In this document: in pieces, positions 9,818 to 17,957 of the stretch | How the letters are laid out: each line of letters opens with the position of its first letter | How positions within the stretch are numbered: the stretch's first letter is position 1 | Virus record (IMG/VR): IMGVR_UViG_3300005613_000011 | Coordinates: 1-64,000 of that record | DNA length: 64,000 nucleotides | Source: a virus | Direction: 5' to 3' (one strand) | Position numbers and translations under genes: made by a program | The notes under the pieces: model-generated | Told to the model about the DNA's origin: nothing | Databases searched by the model: none | Seen by the model: the letters and a program-made list of their open reading frames with translations, nothing else

Positions 9818-10039
9818 ATGAACTTTTTATTAAAAAGAACATTACATTGCACAGGTTTGAACCGTTCTCTTTTATGGCGAACTAATTATAGATGGTCACG
9901 CAATTATCACAAAAATCCCACTTCTCGTGATTTTAACTTTTTTAATTTTGGTAAATACTCTGGTCTTTATTGTTGTTGTAATTGCTTTACCTCCCAAATA
10001 AGAAATTCTTTTTGTTTTGAAAGATATAAGAATACCTAA
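9818..10039 (+). CDS. Small Cys/aromatic-rich hypothetical protein, separated from its RBS by the IS
   Basis: The empty site reconstructs AGGAGTTGAATAAT-ATG. Confidence 0.55.
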   Translation: MNFLLKRTLHCTGLNRSLLWRTNYRWSRNYHKNPTSRDFNFFNFGKYSGLYCCCNCFTSQIRNSFCFERYKNT

Positions 10040-10142
10040 AGTGTAGAAATAAATGTCATTAGGACACACATTAACTGAAGAAGACTTAGAGAGCAACAAA
10101 AATTCTTATCTTGTTTTACGGATAAGGGTGCGAAAATTTTAT

Positions 10143-10184
10143 AGGAGAGTCTGAGAACCCCCCATCCTTGTGGTGGAGGTTTAA
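10143..10184 (+). mobile_element. 42-bp single-hairpin IS200/IS605 miniature (PATE-like)
   Basis: Follows TTTAT; GTCTGAGAA..CCATCCTTGTGGTGG matches the left end at 17589; ends GGAGGTTTAA like the right end GGAGGTTCAA. Removal restores the frame KGAKILSIDINLIIFC. Confidence 0.7.
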
Positions 10185-10352
10185 CTATAGACATTAATTT
10201 AATTATTTTTTGCAACAAAGAGGGAGATAGTGATAAAGAATCTTTTTCTTTTGGTATTTAGTGTTATACTGTGAGGGGGGAAAAATTAGAAAACGGTAAA
10301 GAATTATTAATAACTGGGGGTTGTTGCCAACGTTTTTTTTGTGCAAGATTTT

Positions 10353-10379
10353 TAAGGTATACTATAAGGTATACTATAA
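10353..10379 (+). repeat. Tandem 12-bp repeat TAAGGTATACTA x2 immediately upstream of the microprotein array (TATACT -10-like)
   Basis: Directly visible. Confidence 0.7.
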
Positions 10380-10381
10380 AG

Positions 10382-10434
10382 ATGAAAATACTACAGAAAT
10401 AAACTGTTCTGGTTCTAGGTCTTTGTCTAGGTAA
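10382..10434 (+). pseudogene. Ser-X microprotein array unit 1, frameshifted/short
   Basis: MKILQK* then TCTGGTTCTAGGTCTTTGTCTAGG-TAA and the same TAACAAAATG junction. Confidence 0.6.
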
Positions 10435-10438
10435 CAAA

Positions 10439-10651
10439 ATGAAAATAATACAAAAAACAATATGTGTGAGCAAGTCTTGGTCTAGTTCTTGGTCTACGTC
10501 TAGTTTTAGTTCTAGTTCTGGTTTTTGGTCTAGATCTTGGTCTTTGTCTTGGTTTAGTTCTAGTTCTACGTCTAGTTCTAGTTCTTGGCCTTATTCTTGG
10601 TCTTTTTCTTTGTCTTTTTCTAGTTCTTTGCCTAGTTCTAGGTTTAGGTGA
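10439..10651 (+). CDS. Ser-X microprotein, unit 2
   Basis: MKIIQKTI leader plus TCT-NNN core; 70 aa. Confidence 0.7.
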   Translation: MKIIQKTICVSKSWSSSWSTSSFSSSSGFWSRSWSLSWFSSSSTSSSSSWPYSWSFSLSFSSSLPSSRFR

Positions 10652-10655
10652 TAAA

Positions 10656-10838
10656 ATGAAAATGATACAAAAAATAATAAGAATAAATAGGTCTAATTCT
10701 AGGTCTTGGTCTACGTTTAGGTCTTGGTCTAAATCTAGTTCTTTTTCTTGGTCTTTGTCTTGGTCTTTGTCTTTGTCTTATTCTACGTCTAGTTCTTGGT
10801 CTTTGTCTACGTCTAGTTCTAGGGCTTGGTCTAGGTAA
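10656..10838 (+). CDS. Ser-X microprotein, unit 3
   Basis: MKMIQKIIRINRS leader; GGTGA SD overlaps the previous stop. Confidence 0.7.
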   Translation: MKMIQKIIRINRSNSRSWSTFRSWSKSSSFSWSLSWSLSLSYSTSSSWSLSTSSSRAWSR

Positions 10839-10844
10839 CAAATT

Positions 10845-11027
10845 ATGAAAATGATACAAAAAATAATAAGAACAAATAGGTCTTATTTTTACTCTTGGTC
10901 TAGTTCTTGGTCTAGTTCTTGGTCTAGTTCTTGGTCTAGTTCTTGGTCTAGTTCTTGGTCTAGTTCTTATTCTAGTTCTTTGTCTTATTCTAGGGCTTGG
11001 TCTACGTCTACGTCTTGGTCTTGGTAA
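10845..11027 (+). CDS. Ser-X microprotein, unit 4
   Basis: MKMIQKIIRTNRS leader; (SWSS)x6 core; ends TSWSW. Confidence 0.7.
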   Translation: MKMIQKIIRTNRSYFYSWSSSWSSSWSSSWSSSWSSSWSSSYSSSLSYSRAWSTSTSWSW

Positions 11028-11031
11028 CAAA

Positions 11032-11190
11032 ATGAAAATGATACAAAAAATAATATGCGCGAGGAAATCTAGTTCTTTGTCTTGGTCTAGTTCTTTGTCT
11101 TTGTCTAGTTCTTTGTCTTGGCCTTATTCTAGGTCTTATTCTTGGTCTAATTCTTGGTCTTTTTCTTGGTTCAGTTCTAGGTTTTGGTGA
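11032..11190 (+). CDS. Ser-X microprotein, unit 5 (52 aa, missing from ORF track)
   Basis: MKMIQKIICARKSSSLSWSSSLSLSSSLSWPYSRSYSWSNSWSFSWFSSRFW, translated by hand. Confidence 0.7.
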   Translation: MKMIQKIICARKSSSLSWSSSLSLSSSLSWPYSRSYSWSNSWSFSWFSSRFW

Positions 11191-11194
11191 CAAA

Positions 11195-11416
11195 ATGAAA
11201 ATGATACAAAAAATAATAAGAACAAATAGATCTTGGTCTTGGTCTTGGTCTTGGTCTAGGTCTTGGTCTAGTTCTAGTTCTCGTTCTTGGTCTACGTCTT
11301 GGTCTAGGGCTAATTCTGGGTCTTCTAGTTCTTATTCTTGGTCTTGGTTTTTGTCTACGTCTTTTTCTAGTTCTTGGTCTTGGGCTTGGTCTAGTTCTAC
11401 GTCTTGGTCTTGGTAA
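11195..11416 (+). CDS. Ser-X microprotein, unit 6
   Basis: MKMIQKIIRTNRSWSWSWSWSRSW...TSWSW. Confidence 0.7.
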   Translation: MKMIQKIIRTNRSWSWSWSWSRSWSSSSSRSWSTSWSRANSGSSSSYSWSWFLSTSFSSSWSWAWSSSTSWSW

Positions 11417-11420
11417 CAAA

Positions 11421-11642
11421 ATGAAAATAATACAAAAAATAATAAGAATGAACACTAAAGAAGATTTGCAAATTGAATTAGACTTTTTTGTTAAGAAAAT
11501 CAGGGAAACAGGTTTTGATATTCGTGTCAGTTGGACTGACGAATACAGTAAAATGCAGAGCGTGTTTGGACATGTTAATTCCCACGTAGAAAAAAGATAC
11601 AAGTTTAAACTAGACGAAGAAGAAACCGATACAATAGATTAA
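11421..11642 (+). CDS. Hypothetical protein carrying the array leader fused to an ordinary domain (unit 7)
   Basis: MKIIQKIIR fused in frame to MNTKEDLQIELD... Confidence 0.7.
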   Translation: MKIIQKIIRMNTKEDLQIELDFFVKKIRETGFDIRVSWTDEYSKMQSVFGHVNSHVEKRYKFKLDEEETDTID

Positions 11643-11839
11643 CTAGGATAAAAGAATATATTTCTCAATCAAGAGGTTCGTGTTGTTTCGTTATTGCGGC
11701 AACAAACTGTTTGATGTATCAATATCTTACTGTCACTGATCTTGAGGAAGCATACGATATTGCTTATTGTAGAAGCGGATCTACTATTATGTGTGTGGTT
11801 GTTGAAGAGATATAAACAAAAAAGTGAAAGGTAAAAATT

Positions 11840-12046
11840 ATGTTAAAAGTACAGTGCAATCTTTGTAAAACTATTTTATCCGAAGGTATAGGGTTTGTAA
11901 GAGGCAGTTTCGATTCTGTTTTTAATTTTGTAACGGAACTCGTTCCTTCTGGTACAAAAGTAAAATATTTGTTTGGAGAGGACAAAAAAGAGAGAGAAGA
12001 ATGCCCGTATTGCGGTTCTGTAGAGTTATATATCTTAATATTATAG
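11840..12046 (+). CDS. Small zinc-ribbon protein
   Basis: CNLC...CPYCG; AAGG RBS. Confidence 0.7.
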   Translation: MLKVQCNLCKTILSEGIGFVRGSFDSVFNFVTELVPSGTKVKYLFGEDKKEREECPYCGSVELYILIL

Positions 12047-12267
12047 AGTTATGAGCAGTAAAAATATTTCTTTTGTGCATTTTTTTTATTATATAATATA
12101 CCTAACGAAAGGAAAATAAAATTAAATAGAAATGGTTTCTTTTGAAAAGAGACAGGTTTGTTTGATTTAGAAGGTAGTAGTTTACAGTCCCTGCTTCCAA
12201 TAAAAACTTAATTTATCATTTTATTGATTTTAAGTAATTGTTTGGAAAACGGATTTGAGTCTTCAGT

Positions 12268-12471
12268 ATGAAAATATTGTTCAGGATAAAGACACTGATA
12301 GACAGTTGCAGTCATGCGAATTCTAGTCTTTTGAGCTACATGAGTGTTAGGTCTAATACTATAGACGGGGACTTTTCTTGTTTGACTAAGGCATCATTTG
12401 ACGGTTCATTTTCTTTTTGTTGGTCTTATATTAGTTTTAGGACTTGTTCTTTGTGGCAGTGGAATAAATGA
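12268..12471 (+). CDS. Small Ser/Cys/aromatic-rich protein with MKILFR start
   Basis: 67-aa ORF; possibly a diverged relative of the array. Confidence 0.55.
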   Translation: MKILFRIKTLIDSCSHANSSLLSYMSVRSNTIDGDFSCLTKASFDGSFSFCWSYISFRTCSLWQWNK

Positions 12472-12492
12472 AAATAATATACAGGATGTCAA

Positions 12493-12765
12493 ATGATAAA
12501 AGACGGAGATATCATAAGAATAAAAGTTGCTTTGAAAAATTTTCCTTTGTTTATTTTTGCACAAAAACAAAATACCGATCCTATTGAAATAGCTAAATAT
12601 AAGAAAGAAGGGTCTTTCAAGAATATAACTTTTGTCTCCGAACGAACTGAAATAGAGATACCGGATTTGCCAGATGTTTTTTATTACGAAGACGAAGTAC
12701 CAGAATCATTTTTTGTTAAAATAGAAGATATTTACACAAAATACGATTTGCTGAAAATGCTATGA
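12493..12765 (+). CDS. Hypothetical protein
   Basis: 90-aa ORF with AGGA RBS. Confidence 0.65.
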   Translation: MIKDGDIIRIKVALKNFPLFIFAQKQNTDPIEIAKYKKEGSFKNITFVSERTEIEIPDLPDVFYYEDEVPESFFVKIEDIYTKYDLLKML

Positions 12766-12805
12766 AAATACTATTCAAATTCAGTTTACAGGTAACTCTA
12801 TATTC

Positions 12806-13009
12806 ATGTTTATGTTTATAAATCAGAACTCTTCAAGAAGTTTGTGTTGGAAATCTCGCGTTTGTACTTCAACCCATAACATAAGTAAATACGGCTACTC
12901 TTTCTCTTGGGAGTTTTGGATGAGGAGTTCTTATATAAATTCACATGGACCTGTTTTTGATACTTCTTTGTCATGGTCTAGTGTCTCTGTTTCTTCAAAA
13001 CACAATTGA
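12806..13009 (+). CDS. Small Ser/aromatic-rich protein (possibly frameshifted from MKILFK at 12762)
   Basis: ORF track; out-of-frame MKILFK start just upstream. Confidence 0.45.
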   Translation: MFMFINQNSSRSLCWKSRVCTSTHNISKYGYSFSWEFWMRSSYINSHGPVFDTSLSWSSVSVSSKHN

Positions 13010-13021
13010 CGATACATAATT

Positions 13022-13429
13022 ATGGCAGTTATATATTGTAAAAATATAAACGAATTTTGTTTCGAGCTTTTTATCAGATGTGCTAAGTCCTCTCCATCAG
13101 AGATTATTTGCAAAGATGGAAATGTTAATCATATTTTTTATATAGGTTTTACTTTTAGATATGATTATGGGCCTCCTGACGACTGGATATGCATTCCTTT
13201 AGAGAGAGTAAAAGACCATTCTCTTAGTTCCGCCACAAAAAGAATATTTTTATGCTCTGTCATGAACTCGGCCATAAATAAAAAGTCTGATGATAATAAA
13301 CCCGGCCCGAAAGTTCTTGACACTCCACATTTAGATAAAAAAGTTGGAGAACTGGAAGCCCCAACTATGAACGAACATATAGACGACTACGGAGCTTATG
13401 GTTTGATCGATCTGTCCGAAAATAATTAG
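13022..13429 (+). CDS. Hypothetical protein
   Basis: 135-aa ORF in the co-directional cluster. Confidence 0.65.
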   Translation: MAVIYCKNINEFCFELFIRCAKSSPSEIICKDGNVNHIFYIGFTFRYDYGPPDDWICIPLERVKDHSLSSATKRIFLCSVMNSAINKKSDDNKPGPKVLDTPHLDKKVGELEAPTMNEHIDDYGAYGLIDLSENN

Positions 13430-13462
13430 AGGTTTAAACTGCTGTTCTTCGTATGAATATCT

Positions 13463-13717
13463 ATGGCGAAAATAAACAACGGAGACATTATCGACGGGGA
13501 AAAAGTAATAGAAGTTTTATACGAATTCAAAATATTGAGGCACGAATGGGAGATGGACGGTTACGGTTGGATAGTATCGCTTGAAGACCAACCCAACAAA
13601 ATTATATTGTCCGATCACGACAGAAAATATATAGCTTCATGGGATGACCTGGACGATCTCGTTAAAATATATAGAGAAACTATTCAAAACATGAATAATG
13701 CTTTGTTTTTTCTTTAA
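13463..13717 (+). CDS. Hypothetical protein
   Basis: 84-aa ORF. Confidence 0.7.
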   Translation: MAKINNGDIIDGEKVIEVLYEFKILRHEWEMDGYGWIVSLEDQPNKIILSDHDRKYIASWDDLDDLVKIYRETIQNMNNALFFL

Positions 13718-13726
13718 GGAATAATA

Positions 13727-14035
13727 ATGAAAAACAAAAAAACGAATAAAGACATTATGAAAAATGCACAGAAAGCGATATTAAGATTTACTCACGATAA
13801 AGACCAGTTCATGTCTCTCATAAGAGAAACAAAAAATTTTGAGTTGTTGTGTGGCGTAATCGAAAGGATACAGAAAAAAAGTTTTACCGAAAAACCTTAC
13901 GAACCTATAACTCTAGATTTTTATGAGGCCGTATTAGTAGGTGCTGTTCTTTCTATGTTGAGGGATGAATTGTATGCAGCAAAAATAGATGCTGATATAC
14001 AAAAGATCAAAGCACAAACTAAAGAATTTGATTAA
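13727..14035 (+). CDS. Hypothetical protein
   Basis: 102-aa ORF with AAGGA RBS. Confidence 0.7.
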   Translation: MKNKKTNKDIMKNAQKAILRFTHDKDQFMSLIRETKNFELLCGVIERIQKKSFTEKPYEPITLDFYEAVLVGAVLSMLRDELYAAKIDADIQKIKAQTKEFD

Positions 14036-14254
14036 AAGGGGAAACCAGTTTAACATTGAATAAGCAAGTATGAACTGGTATAAGATTATCTTGTCTAAAA
14101 AGAAGAAATTCAAGCCGATTAAGCCATTTTTGAGAAACTTACCATATACGGGAAAGAAAAATACTAAGAATTGACTGGTCAAAAGTAATAGCTAAAAAGG
14201 ATTATTTCTTCTATCGCTTTTCTTAATATTGAAAATTATAGCAAGTTTTGTGAA

Positions 14255-15121
14255 TCACTTTTTTGAAGATTTTAAGATATTTATTCTGTCAGTTAATATT
14301 TTTATCTTTTCTTCAAGTAATATCATATCAAGAGCGGCTTTGTAATAATAATTTGGAGTAGAACATATAAAATTGTCGCTGTGTTTTGTAGATGTAAGAA
14401 ATCTTGAAATCACACCTAGTACTTTATTGTTTCTGTTGAGTATAGCTCCGCCTGACATACCATGAGCACCGCCTCCAGAAAACCAGATTTCAAATTTTGA
14501 GATATTACATATGTGGCCCTTGACTGCAAACTTCCTTATCTTTCCATCTATACTTCCTGGGAAACCCACTATCCAGGCATCTTCCATGAATTTAGTATTT
14601 GCGAAATCATAAACCGGATATTCTCTTTCTGACTTAAATCTTAATATTGAAACGTCTACGTTTTTGAACGACATAACGTGTTCGCCTGGTTGATCGTCTA
14701 TTGTTATCTCTGATGCTTTTTCCATCACGATATGTTTTGCTGTAACAACATAATAATATCCGTTTTGCCTTGCTGCGATAAACCCACTTCCAGATCTGGT
14801 CAATTTATACCTAAATGCTCTTGGTATTATTGTATCTCCAGAATCGTCTTTAATTGGGGCCAAATCTTTGATGTCAATAGGATTTATTGGAGATATAGTT
14901 TTTGGTTTAGTAGCGGGTTGAGTTGTCGATTTTTGGGGATTTACATAATAAATTTGATCTACGTAACCTGCTGTTTTCACAAATAGTATTCCACCTATTT
15001 CTGGAACGTGTGGAGATGTTGGAGGAAGGATAGTAAGATTTTCAGTATATATAGAAATAGGCTTAGTAGAGGAACAACCTATTAATAAAAAAATAATAAA
15101 AATTGATAATTTTTTGCTCAT
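14255..15121 (-). CDS. Trypsin-like (S1) serine protease, probable lipoprotein
   Basis: SGSGF, VVTAKH, DVSIL and HGMSGG give an intact H-D-S triad; MSKKLSIFIIFLLIGC has a lipobox, so the start is placed at 15121. Confidence 0.85.
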   Translation of the reverse strand: MSKKLSIFIIFLLIGCSSTKPISIYTENLTILPPTSPHVPEIGGILFVKTAGYVDQIYYVNPQKSTTQPATKPKTISPINPIDIKDLAPIKDDSGDTIIPRAFRYKLTRSGSGFIAARQNGYYYVVTAKHIVMEKASEITIDDQPGEHVMSFKNVDVSILRFKSEREYPVYDFANTKFMEDAWIVGFPGSIDGKIRKFAVKGHICNISKFEIWFSGGGAHGMSGGAILNRNNKVLGVISRFLTSTKHSDNFICSTPNYYYKAALDMILLEEKIKILTDRINILKSSKK

Positions 15122-15165
15122 TCTTTTTCTCTTTTTATTATCGGCAATTATAGTTAAAAATCTCA

Positions 15166-15861
15166 TTGGGTGTTGAAATTAATTGGTATAAAGAAGCAAT
15201 GGGAATTTGGGAAGATATAGAAGAACACGGAACTGGTGGACCGTCTGAAGTAGAAAAAGAGTACCTGTTAAAATACAAAGACATAGAAAATATGTCTGAA
15301 GAGGAAATAGAGAAGATGTTGCAGGATAGAAGGAACATGAGTTTTCTAAGGGAATTTTACAGGAGAGAGAAGTTTATAGATGAATTTTCCTGGTCTGTCC
15401 CTTCAAAAGAAGCGGTAGAAAAAATAAAAGAGTTTATAGGTAACGACAAAATCTTGGAGGTTGGTTCAGGATATGGACTGTGGGCTAAACTATTGATCGA
15501 TGCCGGAATAAACCTACATGCTACGGATCCACTTAACTGGACTGAATATTACAGATGGCATCCTTCTAAAAAGAAATTCACACCTATAGAACCAATATCT
15601 AACGTTGAGGCTATTAAAAAATATCCTGGCTATAATGTTTTGATGATGAGTTGGCCTACATACGATGATCCAATGGCACTAGATTCATTGAGAGAATTTA
15701 AAGGAGACAAGTTAATTTATATCGGAGAAGGGAGGTGGGGTTGTACTGGATGCGAAAAATTCCACGAATTATTGAGCAAAGAATGGGAAGAAGCAGGATT
15801 CGTAAATATTCCTCAATGGGAGGGAATACACGATTACTTGTCTTTCTTTGTCAGGAAATAG
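15166..15861 (+). CDS. Class I SAM-dependent methyltransferase-like protein with N-terminal NWYK motif
   Basis: ILEVGSGYGLWA glycine loop; VLMMSWP; LIYIGE. Start uncertain. Confidence 0.8.
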   Translation: MGVEINWYKEAMGIWEDIEEHGTGGPSEVEKEYLLKYKDIENMSEEEIEKMLQDRRNMSFLREFYRREKFIDEFSWSVPSKEAVEKIKEFIGNDKILEVGSGYGLWAKLLIDAGINLHATDPLNWTEYYRWHPSKKKFTPIEPISNVEAIKKYPGYNVLMMSWPTYDDPMALDSLREFKGDKLIYIGEGRWGCTGCEKFHELLSKEWEEAGFVNIPQWEGIHDYLSFFVRK

Positions 15862-16476
15862 TTAAGCATCATTATCTGTATATTCTTCAATTTTTGGTTC
15901 GTCTGGGATGTCTTCCTGGCAGATAATTGTTTCTTTCCCTCTTACTCCTAATTTTCTGACGAAGTTCCACCTTTTGTGTACGGGATTGAAATCCGACCAG
16001 TCATGAGATGGATTAATATTATGTTCTGTTACCTTATTTGCTAACACTTCTGCTAGTGCTGCTGACATTCTTCTCGTTCTGTCGCATTCTTCTTCTACTA
16101 CTATTTCTACGGTGAAAAAATGGGAGTTATTTATATACCCGTCCCAAGTTACATTGAAGGGTTGCCATTCTCCTTGGTATTCTGTAGTTACTCCTTCGTG
16201 AACGCCTTGCTCGAATACTGCTCTTTCTGTTGATCTGCCAAGACTATCCCAAATGAAATCTCCGTCATCGTTTTCTACTCTGTAAACGACTCCATTTACA
16301 ATTACACTTGCCCATTCTCCGTCTGCTCCTGTAAATTCAACTTTTTCTGTATCCCATACCGTTATTACAGAGGAAGAGGCAAGTATCTTGGTCTCTCCAG
16401 TAGGCCAATATCCATTATCCCAATATTGATATGACCAATATCCGTTCGCCCAATATCCTAAATATGTAATTGCCAT
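15862..16476 (-). CDS. Hypothetical, probably virion-associated protein with N-terminal (YW..G) repeats
   Basis: MAITYLGYWANGYWSYQYWDNGYWP. Confidence 0.65.
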   Translation of the reverse strand: MAITYLGYWANGYWSYQYWDNGYWPTGETKILASSSVITVWDTEKVEFTGADGEWASVIVNGVVYRVENDDGDFIWDSLGRSTERAVFEQGVHEGVTTEYQGEWQPFNVTWDGYINNSHFFTVEIVVEEECDRTRRMSAALAEVLANKVTEHNINPSHDWSDFNPVHKRWNFVRKLGVRGKETIICQEDIPDEPKIEEYTDNDA

Positions 16477-16478
16477 GA

Positions 16479-17567
16479 TTAAGCCAATGTACTTGCTGTT
16501 CTATTTCCTTCGGTATCGTGTGTGACTGTCACATCTGTCGTAGCCCCGTCTCTTGCCTTAAATGTAACTGTAGATCCTGATACTTCTGCTTCTCCGAAGA
16601 GTGCTGCCATAATTGCTTTTAATGCTCTCGAAACTACGATTCCGTCTGTTGTTACTGTGTCAAGCCCGGTTGCTGATAATGAATATCCTGTTTTGTCAGA
16701 CACTACAGTTACTGATCCAACAGAACCCTCAACATTACCTTCAACATTACCCTCGACATTACCCTCAACATTACCAGATACAGATCCTTGTATATCCGCA
16801 TTGATATCGAAAGTTCCACCAGTAGCATATAAACCCATGTTGGTTGAGCCGTCGAGATATAATCCGTCAGTCGATCCATACACGTAAAAACCGGTAACAC
16901 CTATCGCGTAGATGCCTTCAGTACTCCCTTCGACTCGCAGGCCGGCACCACCTGCTCCATCTATCCGCACGCCATGCGTTGATCCGTCAATATCAATACC
17001 TGGTCCTCCAATATTGTCAATATCAATTGCTCCACCAGCCGCATTCGCGGTTATAACGAGTTCCCCGTCAATATCAATACCCGGTCCTCCGATATTATCA
17101 ATGTCAATTGCTCCACCAGCAGCATTCGCGTTTATAACGAGCTGTCCAAGGCTTAGTGTATTGCCTCCTGTACCATTAAGCATTGTCTCAAAATTATCGG
17201 CAGCAGTTACATCTCCGGAAATTGCCACAATATCAGCAGGAAGATTACTAATAGAAATCCCGTCCCACCAATATATTTCTCTGGTTAAAACCGTATCTGT
17301 TATAGCAACTCCACCACCAACCTGATTAAAATAAGTAACATAGACTAATTGATTTGCTGTAAGCGTAGCTGGAATAGTGGCTATGTATTGATAAGAGTTA
17401 GCTGGTGTTTCAGTAGCGGGTATATCATAATTTGCCCAGTCAGCTACCACCATTGGGTCATCATATGATTCTGTTGTCGTATCCCAATAGTGACCGGAAG
17501 CATTATTTAATGTAACATATAATGTATCTCCAGTAGAGGTATGTCTATATGGAGGAAAATCTGCCAT
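16479..17567 (-). CDS. Virion fibre/decoration-like protein with Gly-rich internal repeats
   Basis: Duplicated LVIxANAAGGAIDIDNIGGPGIDIDG, (GNVE)x4 and a C-terminal ..DTEGNRTAST module. Confidence 0.7.
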   Translation of the reverse strand: MADFPPYRHTSTGDTLYVTLNNASGHYWDTTTESYDDPMVVADWANYDIPATETPANSYQYIATIPATLTANQLVYVTYFNQVGGGVAITDTVLTREIYWWDGISISNLPADIVAISGDVTAADNFETMLNGTGGNTLSLGQLVINANAAGGAIDIDNIGGPGIDIDGELVITANAAGGAIDIDNIGGPGIDIDGSTHGVRIDGAGGAGLRVEGSTEGIYAIGVTGFYVYGSTDGLYLDGSTNMGLYATGGTFDINADIQGSVSGNVEGNVEGNVEGNVEGSVGSVTVVSDKTGYSLSATGLDTVTTDGIVVSRALKAIMAALFGEAEVSGSTVTFKARDGATTDVTVTHDTEGNRTASTLA

Positions 17568-17588
17568 AATTCACCCTTTCTATTTTAT

Positions 17589-17937
17589 AAAGGTGTCTGA
17601 GAAAACCTCCATCCTTGTGGTGGGGGTAATTCTCCTAAAATAATTAAAGGTTTTTCTTTCTTTTGTCGATCTATAATATAGTTAAACAGCTTTTTTATAA
17701 CCAAATAGAGTAGATGGTTTTAAAACATAAATCCTTGTTTTGAGTAAAACTCGTTAAAAGGTTCGAAAATATCTCTGAAAACCAAAGAGATAAATTTTAC
17801 TGCTAAAACTACGGTTGGAACGACCGAAAGTAAAGCCTTTGGAGAGAATATAAGACTAATTTTGTTTAATATTTTTAACATCTTTAGCTATCTCTATGAA
17901 TTAGGAATCCTCTATACTTGTCGTATAGGAGGTTCAA
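17589..17937 (+). mobile_element. Non-autonomous IS200/IS605 element retaining promoter and TnpB omegaRNA scaffold; TAM TTTAT
   Basis: Left-end hairpin at 17605-17627; ACTACGGTTGGAACGACCG..GCCTTTGGAGA..TCTATGAATTAGGAATCC..GGAGGTTCAA is a typical tnpB 3-prime/omegaRNA; no ORF inside. Confidence 0.8.
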
Positions 17938-17957
17938 AAAGGTGTAACATTTAAATC
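17805..17957 (+). ncRNA. Orphan TnpB omegaRNA with predicted guide AAAGGTGTAACATTTAAATC
   Basis: Scaffold motifs end in TTCAA at 17937; the 5-prime boundary is approximate. Confidence 0.65.

Noticed and set aside
10439-11416. Diversity-generating retroelement variable regions
   Set aside because: No reverse transcriptase or template repeat is seen; variation is hexamer shuffling, not adenine-specific substitution.
10382-11450. CRISPR or TIGR-like array
   Set aside because: The constant block is a non-palindromic coding leader. The intervening parts are low-complexity, variable in length and similar to each other, and no cas genes are present.
10264-11602. Arg/Pro/Thr-rich minus-strand ORFs (PRTRPRTR)
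   Set aside because: Antisense shadows of the TCT-NNN repeats; ATGs, SD motifs and stop-start coupling all lie on the plus strand.
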